DNA from: an uncultured Phycisphaerales bacterium
Lineage (GTDB): Bacteria; Planctomycetota; Phycisphaerae; Tepidisphaerales; Tepidisphaeraceae
Direction of reading: 5' to 3'
DNA length: 64,000 nucleotides
Assembly: GCA_963758525.1 (NCBI GenBank)
Contig: CAVWVQ010000004.1
Span: 96,001-160,000 of the forward strand
Below the pieces are notes generated by a model. It was not told where the DNA came from. It was given only the letters and a program-made list of their open reading frames with translations, and did no database searches. Shown piece by piece: positions 1 to 10,389 of the stretch; position 1 is the first letter of the stretch; each line of letters begins with the position of its first letter. A program made the position numbers and the translations under genes.

Positions 1-6
1 CTCTCT

Positions 7-34
7 TTGCAAAATCGCCCCATCCGCATACTAT
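7..34 (+). promoter_or_regulatory. putative sigma70 promoter for tig
   Basis: TTGCAA (7-12), 16-nt spacer, TACTAT (29-34); GAGG SD-like motif precedes ATG 93. Confidence 0.4.
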
Positions 35-92
35 GCCCGGTTCGCGTCGCAAACGGATCCCGCGACGCATCTACTTTTTCTGAGAGGTTCTC

Positions 93-1445
93 ATGGCGGA
101 AAACGAAGCGACGGCGGTGGCCGAGACGGAAGAGAAGTTCGACTACCCGGTGAAGATTGAAGACATCGGTCCCGGCGAGAAAAAAATCAGCGTGGAAATC
201 CCCCGCGAGCAGATCGACAAGCATCTGGCCAAGCAGTTCAAGGATTTGCGCAAGCAGGCCGCGGTCCCCGGGTTCCGCGCGGGTCATGCGCCGCAGAAGC
301 TCATCGAGAAGCGATTCAGCCATGACGTCAAAGAGCAGGTGCGGAGCCTGTTGATCAGCGAGAGCTATCAGCACGCCCTGGAAAAGAATTCGCTGCAGGT
401 GATCGGAGAGCCGAAATTCGAGAATCCCGAGGCGATCAAATTGCCCGACGAAGGAGCGCTCAGCTATTCGTTTGAGGTTGAGGTTCAACCGGATTTCAAG
501 TTGCCGGAGCTCAACGGCCTCAAGATCCGCAAACCGAAGATCACCATCGACGAGACCAACATCGATCAGGCGATGACCAACCTGCGCAGCCAGCAGGGAA
601 CGCTGCTTCCCGTCGAGGACCGCGGGATCGAGACGGGCGATTACGTGCATGCCGATGTTCATGTGAAGGTCGACGGCAACATCATTAAGCATCAGCACGA
701 TGCGCAGCTGGTGGTTCGTCCGGCTCGCGTCGCCGGGCTGCAGATTGATGATCTGGATTCGCAACTGGCGGGCCTCAAGCCCGGCGAAGCGCACACCATC
801 ACCGTCAAGATCCCCGACGAATACCCTGAAGAATCGCTTCGCGGGAAAGACGCACAAATTGAAATTGCGCTCAAGGACATCAAAAAGATGGAACTGGCCG
901 AGGTCAACGAGCAGTTCCTCTCCGATCTGGGATTCAGCAATGAAAAGGATCTGCGCGAAGCCCTCCGCGAGCAGATGGAACTGAAGCTGAAGGAAGACGT
1001 GCAGCGACTGATGCGCGATCAGGTCAGCAAATACCTGCTCGACAATGTCCACATCGATCTTCCGGCCAAGCTCTCCGATCGCCAGGCCGATCGCGTCGTC
1101 AGCCGCCGTTCCGTCGATCTGCTGACGCGCGGAATGGACCCCGCCGAGGTGGAAGCCAACGTTGAACGTCTGCGCGGACCGGCACGTGAGGACGCCGCCC
1201 GCGAGCTGAAGCTCTTCTTCATTCTCCAGAAGATCGCCAACGAGCAGAACGTCGAGGTCGACGAAGCGGAGCTGAACGGCCGCATCGCAATGATCGCCGC
1301 ACAGACCGACCGACGGCCGGAGAAGGTCAAACAGGAAATGACCAATGACGGATCGCTCACGAACCTTTACATCCAGATGCGCGAGCAGCGCGCCGTCGAC
1401 AAAATTCTCGAAAGCGCGCAGATCGAGGAAGTCGTCGGGGAGTGA
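93..1445 (+). CDS. tig: trigger factor
   Basis: 450 aa; ribosome-binding signature VPGFRAGHAP, central FKBP-like domain, helical C-domain. Confidence 0.95.
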   Translation: MAENEATAVAETEEKFDYPVKIEDIGPGEKKISVEIPREQIDKHLAKQFKDLRKQAAVPGFRAGHAPQKLIEKRFSHDVKEQVRSLLISESYQHALEKNSLQVIGEPKFENPEAIKLPDEGALSYSFEVEVQPDFKLPELNGLKIRKPKITIDETNIDQAMTNLRSQQGTLLPVEDRGIETGDYVHADVHVKVDGNIIKHQHDAQLVVRPARVAGLQIDDLDSQLAGLKPGEAHTITVKIPDEYPEESLRGKDAQIEIALKDIKKMELAEVNEQFLSDLGFSNEKDLREALREQMELKLKEDVQRLMRDQVSKYLLDNVHIDLPAKLSDRQADRVVSRRSVDLLTRGMDPAEVEANVERLRGPAREDAARELKLFFILQKIANEQNVEVDEAELNGRIAMIAAQTDRRPEKVKQEMTNDGSLTNLYIQMREQRAVDKILESAQIEEVVGE

Positions 1446-1552
1446 AATTCAGATCGTGTCTGCTTCTCTCAATCCTGATCGCTGCCTAAGATCGTCCGCG
1501 TTGAGCTCGGTGGTGGGCTGAGCGTCCTCGCGCAACGCGTCCGGGCGATCTG

Positions 1553-3247
1553 ATGATGTTCTCTGTGTACGGGACATGGCGGGCACGTATTGTGCAGCGA
1601 TTCGTCGCTGGCGCATTGGCATTGATCGCATCCGGTTGCATGGTCGGTCCGAACTATCACGCCCCTCCGGCGGCTACCCCGGTGCAATGGCGGGACCTCA
1701 CCAGCAGTCAGATCAAGGGTGTTCCCCCTGATCGCGACCAGTGGTGGACGGTATTCGGCGATCCGGTGCTCGATCGTCTCGTTCATCTGGCCTATGCGCA
1801 GAACCTGACGCTCCGCACCGCCGGACTTCGCGTCATCGAAGCAAGGGCTCAACTCGGGATTTCTGTCGGCGAATTTTTTCCACAGGTGCAGGAAGCCACC
1901 GGCGGCTACACCCATGGAGTCACCAGCGCCCACAGCTTCGGTTCCCTGGGGCGATTCTATTATGACGACTGGAGAATCGGCGGAGACGCGGCGTGGGAGC
2001 TCGACGTATGGGGGCGCTTTCGCCGCGGAATCGAATCGGATGACGCCAGCCTGTATGCCTCGGTCATGGATTATGACGACGCATTAACAACGCTCGTTTC
2101 AGACGTCGCCACTGCCTACGTCTCGCTGCGGTCCAATGAAGAGCAGTTGGCGTTGGCCCGCTCCAATGTTGCGATCGAGGAAAATTCCCTCAAGATCGCC
2201 AGCGCCCGCTTTCATGCCGGCGGCGTTTCCGCGCTGGATGTCGCACAGGCGAGCAGCGTCCTGGCCAACACCAACGCGTTGATCCCGCAACTGGAGCTGG
2301 GCCGCCGGCAGGCGGAGAACCGGCTCTGCACACTCATGGGGATGCCGGTTCACGACCTCAACGAGATCCTCGGTCCTCCGGGCGTTATTCCCGGCGCGCC
2401 CGCGGAAGTGGCGGTCGGCATTCCGGCCGACCTGCTGCGCCGCCGGCCGGATATCCGCGCGGCGGAGGCGCGGGCGGCCGCGCAATGCGCGCAGATCGGG
2501 GTGGCGACGTCCGATCTGCTTCCCCATTTCAGCTTGTCGGGATCGATCGGCTACGAAAGCTCGCGATTCAACAATCTGCTGAACAGTTCGAGCCTGGTCG
2601 GATCGGGCGGCCCCAGCGTGCGCTGGGACATCCTGAACTATGGGCGACTCATCAATAATGTGCGCGTCCAGGACGCCCGTTTCGAGGAACTCATTGCCAT
2701 GTATCAGCAGACGGTGCTCGCGGCGGGCGAGGAAGCCGACAATTCGATCGCGACTTTTATCAAATCCCAGGAAGCCATGAAATTCTTCGCGCAGAGCGTG
2801 ATCGCCACGCAGCAGGCCTTCGATCTTTCGCTGGCCCAGTATCGCGCGGGCGGCACGTCGTTCCTCAACGTGCTCAACGCCTCGGCGACCCTCGTGCAGG
2901 AGCAGGTGCAGCTTGTGCAAAGCCACGCGGCAGTTGCGAACGGTCTGATCTCCCTGGAGAGGGCGCTGGGAGGCGGATGGTCGCTGCGCCGCGGCAAGGA
3001 ATTCATCGACCGCGAAACCGCCTATCGCATGCAGCAACGGGATAATTGGGGCGACATCCTCAGTTCACATTACGACCACAGCGCCGACCTGATCGTCTTC
3101 CCGCATCCTGACACGGACAATCCGCCGGCATCATGGAACGCCAGCTCTCCCTCGAATGCTGGCGCAACGCCGACGTCGTCGAGCGCCCGACCCGTTCCGG
3201 GACCCACGGAAATGAACGGCGTTCCAGTGACCCAACCGTCGCAGTAG
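1553..3247 (+). CDS. efflux outer-membrane lipoprotein, NodT/OprM family (start may be GTG 1592)
   Basis: lipobox LIASGC then MVGPNY; WELDVWGRFRR, DLLRRRPDIRAAE, RALGGGW motifs. Confidence 0.92.
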   Translation: MMFSVYGTWRARIVQRFVAGALALIASGCMVGPNYHAPPAATPVQWRDLTSSQIKGVPPDRDQWWTVFGDPVLDRLVHLAYAQNLTLRTAGLRVIEARAQLGISVGEFFPQVQEATGGYTHGVTSAHSFGSLGRFYYDDWRIGGDAAWELDVWGRFRRGIESDDASLYASVMDYDDALTTLVSDVATAYVSLRSNEEQLALARSNVAIEENSLKIASARFHAGGVSALDVAQASSVLANTNALIPQLELGRRQAENRLCTLMGMPVHDLNEILGPPGVIPGAPAEVAVGIPADLLRRRPDIRAAEARAAAQCAQIGVATSDLLPHFSLSGSIGYESSRFNNLLNSSSLVGSGGPSVRWDILNYGRLINNVRVQDARFEELIAMYQQTVLAAGEEADNSIATFIKSQEAMKFFAQSVIATQQAFDLSLAQYRAGGTSFLNVLNASATLVQEQVQLVQSHAAVANGLISLERALGGGWSLRRGKEFIDRETAYRMQQRDNWGDILSSHYDHSADLIVFPHPDTDNPPASWNASSPSNAGATPTSSSARPVPGPTEMNGVPVTQPSQ

Positions 3248-3400
3248 ATTTTTGCGGGAGGCTCCGCACCCGGTCTCATTCGGCGGGCGGCGAGCCCCAC
3301 CACACGGTCGCGGCGGCTTGATTTGCCTCGGCCGATCGGCGCGCCCTACCATGCGTCGCGACACGTGGCGATCTCAGCCGTCTGGCCAGGGAAGTTGGCG

Positions 3401-4717
3401 ATGATACGAACGCTTCGCGGGAAAGTCGGTTCGGAGGCTGCTGTGGTCCGTCACCATTGCTTTGTTCTTGCAACGCTTTTGCTCGCGTTTGTCGCCCTCG
3501 CCGGATGCGAGCACAAACTGGCGGCGGCCAGCCCGCAGCCTTCCCCGGTTACGGTCAATCGTCCGCTGCAGCGTGAAGTCGTCGAGTGGGATGAATTCAC
3601 GGGGCATCTTGAAGCGGTGGAGTCTGTTGACGTGCGCGCCCGCGTCAGCGGAATGATGGTCGCCGCGCCATTTAAGGAAGGCTCCATCGTTCAAAAGGGC
3701 GCGCCGCTGTTCGTCATCGACAAGAGCCCGTTCCAGGCGGATTTCGACAGCAAACAAGCCGACATCATGAGGGCTCAGGCGCAGCTCGATCTGGCCAACG
3801 TGCAGCTTCAGAGGACCAACCAGGAATTGAAATCGAACGCGGTCTCCAAGGCCGACTACGACAACGCGGAGGCGTCGGTCAAGCAGGCGCAGGCCGTACT
3901 GGCGGGCGCGAAGGCCGCCGCGGAATCGTCGCTGTTGAATCTGCAATGGTGCGACGTTGTTGCCCCTATCACGGGGCGCGTGAGCAAGAAGATCGTGACT
4001 CCCGGGAATCTCATTAACGGCGGCTCCGGACAGACCACTCTGCTGACGACCATCGAGTCGGTCGATCCGATCTATTGCTACGTTGACGTGGATGAACGAT
4101 CGATCCTGAAGTACGTCCAGCTCGACCGCGAAAAGAAGCGGGTCAGCGCCCGCAATACGCCAATTCCCATCTACCTCGAGCTGGCCAACGAAACGGCATT
4201 CGCGCACCGCGGGCTCGTGGATTTCGTCGACAACCGCGTCGATCCCGGAACGGGAACAGAGCAGGCGCGCGGCGTGTTTCCCAATCCGGGCGGCTTCTTC
4301 ACTCCCGGTTTCTTCGCGCGGGTTCGAGTCGCGGGCTCCGGGAAATACATGGCGCTCCTGATCCCGGATTACGCCATTGGCACGGATCAGGATATCAAGT
4401 TTGTGCTGCTTGCCGGTCCCGACGGTGTCGTTCAGCGCCGGCAGGTGAAGCTCGGCGCGCTGTTCGGCGAGCTGCGCGCGATTTCGGAAGGGATTACCGC
4501 AGACGACCGTGTGATTGTTGACGGACTGGTGACCACTGTTCCCGGATCGACCGTGAAACCGGTGGAGAAGCCCGTGCCGGCGGACTTGTACCGTCCGATG
4601 GTTCCGGCCGCGGATGATGGCGGCGCCGCGACTCAGCCTGCGACGGCCCCCGCCGCCGCGACGGCCCCCGCGACGAGTGCGCCCGCGCAGCCGGCGCCGG
4701 AAGGCGCCAAACCGTGA
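3401..4717 (+). CDS. RND periplasmic adaptor (membrane fusion protein); start uncertain
   Basis: lipobox ALAGC; VRARVSG, APITGR, DNRVDPGTGT, PGFFARVR; Pro/Ala-rich tail; GTGA overlap with next gene. Confidence 0.92.
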   Translation: MIRTLRGKVGSEAAVVRHHCFVLATLLLAFVALAGCEHKLAAASPQPSPVTVNRPLQREVVEWDEFTGHLEAVESVDVRARVSGMMVAAPFKEGSIVQKGAPLFVIDKSPFQADFDSKQADIMRAQAQLDLANVQLQRTNQELKSNAVSKADYDNAEASVKQAQAVLAGAKAAAESSLLNLQWCDVVAPITGRVSKKIVTPGNLINGGSGQTTLLTTIESVDPIYCYVDVDERSILKYVQLDREKKRVSARNTPIPIYLELANETAFAHRGLVDFVDNRVDPGTGTEQARGVFPNPGGFFTPGFFARVRVAGSGKYMALLIPDYAIGTDQDIKFVLLAGPDGVVQRRQVKLGALFGELRAISEGITADDRVIVDGLVTTVPGSTVKPVEKPVPADLYRPMVPAADDGGAATQPATAPAAATAPATSAPAQPAPEGAKP

Positions 4718-7700
4718 ACTTCTCGCATTTCTTCATCGATCGTCCGGTCTTTGCCGGCGTGATCTCCATCGTGACGATCATTGCCGGAGCGCTCTCGATT
4801 TATTCCCTGCCGATCGCGCAGTATCCGGAGATCGCGCCGCCCACGGTCGTTGTGACCGCGAGCTATCCCGGCGCAAACGCGAAGACGGTTGCCAATGTCG
4901 TTGCCACGCCGATCGAGGAGCAGATCAACGGCGTTGAAAACATGCTCTACATGTCGAGCCAGAGCACCAATGATGGGAACCTCCGTCTCACGGTCACCTT
5001 CAAGCTTGGAACGAATCTCGATATCGCCCAGGTGCAGGTGCAGAACCGCGTGTCCATCGCCGAGCCGCAATTGCCCCAGGAAGTGCGGCAGCTTGGAATC
5101 AACGTCAAGAAAAGCTCGCCGGACATCACGCTGGTTGTGATGCTGTATTCGCCGACCAAGCGGTACGACACGCTCTACATCAGCAATTACGCGACGCTCC
5201 AGGTTCGCGATGAACTGGCGCGGCTTCAGGGCGTCGGCGACAGCTTTCTCTTTGGCGTGCGCGATTATTCGATGCGGCTGTGGCTCAACCCCGAGCAACT
5301 GGCCTCGCGCAATATGACTGTCGGCGACGTGACCAACGCCATTCGCGAGCAAAATGTGCAGGTTGCCGCCGGCGTGATCGGGGCGCAGCCGCTGCCGCCT
5401 CACACCACAGCATTTCAACTGACCGTCAATGCGCAGGGGCGTCTGACCGATCCCGCGCAGTTCGCCGAGATCATCGTGAAGACCGGAGCCGACGGAAGCG
5501 TGACGCGTGTCAGGGACATCGCGCGCGTCGAACTCGGTGCCGCTGATTACAGCGTGAGCGCCTACCTCGACGGCGCGCCCGGCGTTGCGATACCGATCTT
5601 TCAACTGCCCGGGTCCAATTCGATTCAGACCGCCAATGCAATCTATTTGAAAATGGAGGAGCTGAAGAAAAAGTTTCCTCCCGGCCTCGAATACAAGATT
5701 CCGTACGACACCACACTCTTCGTCCGGGACAGCGTCCGCGACGTCGTGAAAACCCTGTTCGAAGCGATCCTGCTTGTTGTCCTGGTCGTGCTGGTCTTTC
5801 TGCAAAGCTGGCGGGCCACGATTATTCCGCTGCTGGCTATCCCTGTGTCGCTGATCGGCACCTGCGCGGTCATGTTCGTTGCGGGATTTTCGCTGAACAA
5901 TCTGTCGCTGTTCGGATTGGTCCTGGCGATCGGCATCGTCGTCGACGACGCGATCGTTGTCGTCGAAAACGTCGAGCGATGGATCGAGCGCGGCCTGGCG
6001 CCGCGCGACGCCGCTTTCAAGGCGATGGACGAGGTCACGCCGGCCGTCATCGCAATTGCGTTCGGGCTCACCGCGGTATTCGTGCCCGTTGCCTTCATCA
6101 GCGGGATCACCGGTCAGTTCTACCGGCAATTTGCCCTCACCATTTCTTTTGCGACCCTGCTCTCCGCGTTCAATTCCCTTTCACTGAGCCCGGCGCTGGC
6201 GACCATTCTCCTCAAACCGCGGGAGGCGAAGAAAGACTGGTTCACCCGTCTCATCGAGTTCACACTCGGCTGGTTCTTCAAACTGTTCAACAAGACTTTT
6301 GAAGTGGCTACCGCCGGCTACGTGCACCTGATCCGTCGCGTGATCCGGTTCAGCGCGATCGCATTGATCTGCTACGCGGGGTTGCTGTTTCTGACGTATT
6401 CCGGCTTCAAAACCGTCCCGTCGGGCTTCATCCCCGACCAGGACACCGGCTATCTCATCATGAACCTTCAGATGCCCGACGCGGCTGCGTTCGACAGAAC
6501 CGATCGCGTGATGCATCGATTGATCGATATCGCCAACAAAACGCCCGGTGTGCACGATACGTTTGGGATCACCGGCTATTCGGTCTTCACCGGCACGAAC
6601 CAATCCAGCGGCGGAACGATGTTCATCGTCATGGACAAATTCGAGAACCGCATCGGTCATCCCGAACTTTCGTCCAAGGCGATCATCGGCAAGCTGATGG
6701 CGCAATACTCCACGCTTCATGAAGGCCTTGCACTGGTCTTCCCTCCCCCGCCCGTGAGGGGCATCGGAACCGCCGGGGGATTCAAGCTGCAGATCGAAGA
6801 TCGCACCGGCTTAGGGACTCCGCATGATCTTCAGGAGGTCACCCGAAAGGTGATGGCCGCCGGAGCGAAAAATCCCAAGCTGGGCAGGATGTTTTCCACG
6901 TTCCGCGCCGACGTTCCGCAACTGTATGTCAACGTCGATCGCACCAAGGTGAAAAGCGAGAACGTGCAAGTCACCGATGTGTTCGACGCGCTGCAGGTTT
7001 ATCTCGGAAGCCTTTACATCAACGATTTCAATTTTCTCGGACGCACTTATAAGGTACTCGCCCAGGCGGACTCCCCTTATCGCGCCCGCCCGGAAGACAT
7101 TGCGCGGCTCAAAACACGCAACGCCTCGGGGCAGATGGTGCCGCTTGGCAGCGTGTTGTCCGTCAATGACACGGCGGCGCCCGATCGCATCAATCGCTAC
7201 GATTTGTATCCGTCGGCCGAGATCAACGGCGCCGCCGCCCCTGACGCCAGCAGTGGCGAAGCGCTGGACGCAATGGAGCAAATCGCCAATCAGACATTGC
7301 CGCACGGCTATGAATATGAATGGACGGAACTGTCGTTCCAGGAACGGCTGGCCGGGAATACCGCGTTGTTCGTTTTCCCCTTGTGCATTCTGTTCGTCTT
7401 TCTTACGCACTCGGCCGAGTACGAGAGCTTCGCGCTTTCGTCCGCAATCATTCTGATCGTCCCGATGTGTCTTCTCAGCGGCATCGGCGGGGTCTGGCTG
7501 CGTCATCTCGACAACAACATCTTCACACAGATTGGATTTGTCGTGCTTGCAGGCTTGAGCGCCAAAAATGCGGTGCTGATCGTCGAATTTGCCAAACAGC
7601 AGCAGGAGCGCGGCCGCACCGCAGCCGAGGCGGCGGTTGAATCCGCCCACCTGCGCCTCCGCCCGATCCTGATGACCAGCTTCGCGTTCATCCTCGGTGT

Positions 7701-7935
7701 GCTCCCGCTGGTCACCGCCGTTGGCGCAGGCAGCGAAATGCGTCAGGCCCTGGGCACCGCCGTCTTCTTCGGGATGCTGGGTGTCACCTTTTTCGGCCTT
7801 TTGCTCACGCCCGTTTTCTATACGGTGATCCGCAAGCTGAGCGGGAAAAACATGCTCCCGCCCGAAGAGATACATCCCGATCCCGCTGCGGACGTTACAA
7901 CGCCGGCTCCATCGTCGCCGGTGAAATTTCGCTGA
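4714..7935 (+). CDS. RND permease, HAE1 (MexF/AcrB-like)
   Basis: 1073 aa; FIDRPVFA start; proton-relay motifs GIVVDDAIVVVEN, AKNAVLIVEF, RLRPILMTS intact. Confidence 0.96.
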   Translation: MNFSHFFIDRPVFAGVISIVTIIAGALSIYSLPIAQYPEIAPPTVVVTASYPGANAKTVANVVATPIEEQINGVENMLYMSSQSTNDGNLRLTVTFKLGTNLDIAQVQVQNRVSIAEPQLPQEVRQLGINVKKSSPDITLVVMLYSPTKRYDTLYISNYATLQVRDELARLQGVGDSFLFGVRDYSMRLWLNPEQLASRNMTVGDVTNAIREQNVQVAAGVIGAQPLPPHTTAFQLTVNAQGRLTDPAQFAEIIVKTGADGSVTRVRDIARVELGAADYSVSAYLDGAPGVAIPIFQLPGSNSIQTANAIYLKMEELKKKFPPGLEYKIPYDTTLFVRDSVRDVVKTLFEAILLVVLVVLVFLQSWRATIIPLLAIPVSLIGTCAVMFVAGFSLNNLSLFGLVLAIGIVVDDAIVVVENVERWIERGLAPRDAAFKAMDEVTPAVIAIAFGLTAVFVPVAFISGITGQFYRQFALTISFATLLSAFNSLSLSPALATILLKPREAKKDWFTRLIEFTLGWFFKLFNKTFEVATAGYVHLIRRVIRFSAIALICYAGLLFLTYSGFKTVPSGFIPDQDTGYLIMNLQMPDAAAFDRTDRVMHRLIDIANKTPGVHDTFGITGYSVFTGTNQSSGGTMFIVMDKFENRIGHPELSSKAIIGKLMAQYSTLHEGLALVFPPPPVRGIGTAGGFKLQIEDRTGLGTPHDLQEVTRKVMAAGAKNPKLGRMFSTFRADVPQLYVNVDRTKVKSENVQVTDVFDALQVYLGSLYINDFNFLGRTYKVLAQADSPYRARPEDIARLKTRNASGQMVPLGSVLSVNDTAAPDRINRYDLYPSAEINGAAAPDASSGEALDAMEQIANQTLPHGYEYEWTELSFQERLAGNTALFVFPLCILFVFLTHSAEYESFALSSAIILIVPMCLLSGIGGVWLRHLDNNIFTQIGFVVLAGLSAKNAVLIVEFAKQQQERGRTAAEAAVESAHLRLRPILMTSFAFILGVLPLVTAVGAGSEMRQALGTAVFFGMLGVTFFGLLLTPVFYTVIRKLSGKNMLPPEEIHPDPAADVTTPAPSSPVKFR

Positions 7936-9172
7936 GTGGATCGATCGCCGGTTCGCTGACGGCGCCAAGCCGCGCGATCAGCGGTGTGGCAAGCGACGCC
8001 GTCGCGACCATCACGCCCAGTGTCACAAACGGCGGCAAATACGTGCGCTGATACGCGGCAGCCGCGCCGAAGCGGTCGGTCCACCACCCCATCAGCCAGG
8101 GCGCCGTATTCGCGATGGTGCCCGCGATGCAAAGGAACAATCCATAGACGCGTCCGCGCAAGGCGGCCGGTATGCGCTCGAGAATTGCCGAGTCGCTGAT
8201 GGCGTAGCTTCCCATCTGCAGCGTCTGCGCGACGCATAACGCCGCGAAGACGCGATGTCCCGACCAGAGGGGCAGGATCGAGATCGCGCACCCCGCGCCG
8301 ATGACCGCGAGCGCGAGCGATCGCAGCCGGCGCCGCCCCACCGTGAGCCAGACCAGCAGCGGGTTCACCACGATGCTCAGAGCGGTCATCGACCCGAGTA
8401 CCAGTCCGGTGCGCTGTGTGTCCCGATGCAGCGCCTTCTGCAGATAAACGCTCGCCAGTGAAAGCAGCGCAACGCCGACAAAATCCCGCAGCCCCAGAAC
8501 CGCGGCAATCGTCATCACGTTCCACCGCAGTCGCGGCGACATCGGCGCGCACCGCGCCTCCGCGGGCTCGTCGTTCACGGCTTCGCGCACCGCGATGAGA
8601 AACAGAATCGCCACGACCACACCGGCAACTCCCATCTCCACGCACGGCCGTTGCCAGTTGCCAACATGACCCCAGTGCCATCGCGCGGTTTCGGCTCGCC
8701 ATCCCGCGTACTGCGGCCCGGCAAAAAATCCGATTCCGGAGCCGATCCCCAGCAACCCGATCGCCATGCCGGGGCTCCTGGGATAATGCGCGGGCACCAG
8801 CGCCCCCGCCGCCGGATGGTAAAGCGTTCCCGCCAATCCCCCGAGCACGGCGAGCATCAGCAACAGATCGTATCGCCGGGTAAGTCCGATGCCGATCGCG
8901 ACCACCGCGTTGATGAGCAGCCCGTATCCCAGCAAATACTTTCGGTTCACGAGATCCGCGAGCACGCCGGCCGGGTAGCTCCCAAGGCAGTAAACGATTC
9001 CATAGACCGCGACGACCAGCGATGCCGCGCTCACGCCCGCCAGGTGAAGGTCGGCCACCATCAACAGGTAGAGTGGAACGAGCATGCACGCATACGCGTG
9101 TGAAAAAGCATGGCATGCGGTGCAGCCAATCAGCGTGAACGGGGCGGCCAGGCTCGATTTCCGATCAGACAT
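7895..9172 (-). CDS. MFS transporter
   Basis: about 12 hydrophobic segments; motif A-like GVLADLVNRK, YHPA; ATG 9172 has TATAAT 6 nt upstream. Confidence 0.88.
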   Translation of the reverse strand: MSDRKSSLAAPFTLIGCTACHAFSHAYACMLVPLYLLMVADLHLAGVSAASLVVAVYGIVYCLGSYPAGVLADLVNRKYLLGYGLLINAVVAIGIGLTRRYDLLLMLAVLGGLAGTLYHPAAGALVPAHYPRSPGMAIGLLGIGSGIGFFAGPQYAGWRAETARWHWGHVGNWQRPCVEMGVAGVVVAILFLIAVREAVNDEPAEARCAPMSPRLRWNVMTIAAVLGLRDFVGVALLSLASVYLQKALHRDTQRTGLVLGSMTALSIVVNPLLVWLTVGRRRLRSLALAVIGAGCAISILPLWSGHRVFAALCVAQTLQMGSYAISDSAILERIPAALRGRVYGLFLCIAGTIANTAPWLMGWWTDRFGAAAAYQRTYLPPFVTLGVMVATASLATPLIARLGAVSEPAIDPLSEISPATMEPAL

Positions 9173-9319
9173 CGGCGAATTATAGCGAGAAGGGATGCTG
9201 ATGGATTTTTGTTCCCGGACGAGGAACAATGCTGGGCGACGGAAATCGCGGCAGCGGGCCAAACCATTGGGTCATCCCGGTTTCTTACCGGATGGAACGA
9301 ATGTTGGCTGCCTGTTTGA

Positions 9320-10318
9320 ATGGCTTTGAAAATACCCGCGCCGGGCGGCGCAAGTCCTTTCGCCTGGAAATGGTGCCCCATGACGGCTCGACGAACCTGC
9401 GGCTGTCTGCTCATCTGCGCTGTGACCTTGATCCTCATCGGGATGGCCGCCGAGAACGCCCGCGCGGATCAGCAGATCAATCCGAAGGCCTGGTTCGACG
9501 CCCGCAATGTCTGCATCTTCCCGCTTGCCGCGGGGGCGCTGCCACGCTCGCGCGATGAGCTGGACAAATCGCTCATGGGCGGCTGGGACAAGGCAATGCG
9601 GGTTCCAGATGCGAGCAAAGTTGTGCAAATTCATGGCGAAGCGTATCCCGCCCTGGAAAGCATCCGCATCGATCTGTCAGATTCGACGCTGCCGACCGGC
9701 AAGTCGGAGAAGGTGAAGCCCAATAACAAGCCGCAGACGCAACTTGGCGTCGCACGTTTTGACCTGGTCGGCGAGCCGCTTCTGTGCGATCACGCAAAGC
9801 TGAATCTCAGCATCAGCGCCGCCGACGCCCATCTCGAACTCGAGCGCGACCGTGGGGGCAAGCCGATCCTGCTCCTCTCCGAAGCCAAAAACGCGAACCT
9901 CGCCTTCGACGCCACCCGCGCCGATCTCGAACGCATTCTCGTCTCCGATCTCCGCGCGGCCGCCTCTCCCTACGGCGTGGAGATCGTCAGCGCGTCCCTC
10001 TATCTGGTCGCGGAGAATGATCGCTCTGTCTCCGTCGATCTGCACGTCTCAACGAAGTTTGCCCTGATCCCCGCCGGCATGCGATTCAAGGCTCATGTCG
10101 ACATCGACGACGCCATGAACGCCAAACTCACCGGCCTCACCTGCGAAGGGGACGAAGTCCTCGGCCCACTGATCGTCGGCCTGCTCCGCCCGGGCCTCGC
10201 CAAATATGACGGCAAATCCCGCCCGCTCATCAGCTTCCCTTCCGGCAAGATGCACCTGCGCGACGTGAAGATTCACGTGGATGACAGCGTTCACCTGAAC
10301 GCCGCGTTCGGGAGCTGA
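9320..10318 (+). CDS. exported hypothetical protein, beta-rich (possibly LmeA/DUF2993-like lipid-binding fold)
   Basis: 332 aa ORF with coding-like GC3 bias; signal-like segment ending ARA; amphipathic beta-strand pattern; fold is a guess. Confidence 0.7.
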   Translation: MALKIPAPGGASPFAWKWCPMTARRTCGCLLICAVTLILIGMAAENARADQQINPKAWFDARNVCIFPLAAGALPRSRDELDKSLMGGWDKAMRVPDASKVVQIHGEAYPALESIRIDLSDSTLPTGKSEKVKPNNKPQTQLGVARFDLVGEPLLCDHAKLNLSISAADAHLELERDRGGKPILLLSEAKNANLAFDATRADLERILVSDLRAAASPYGVEIVSASLYLVAENDRSVSVDLHVSTKFALIPAGMRFKAHVDIDDAMNAKLTGLTCEGDEVLGPLIVGLLRPGLAKYDGKSRPLISFPSGKMHLRDVKIHVDDSVHLNAAFGS

Positions 10319-10389
10319 AACGACGGTAAAAATGCAATCCACGTCAACGCCGGCCCGTCAGTGGCCGATGATTCCCTGCAGGAGACCCG

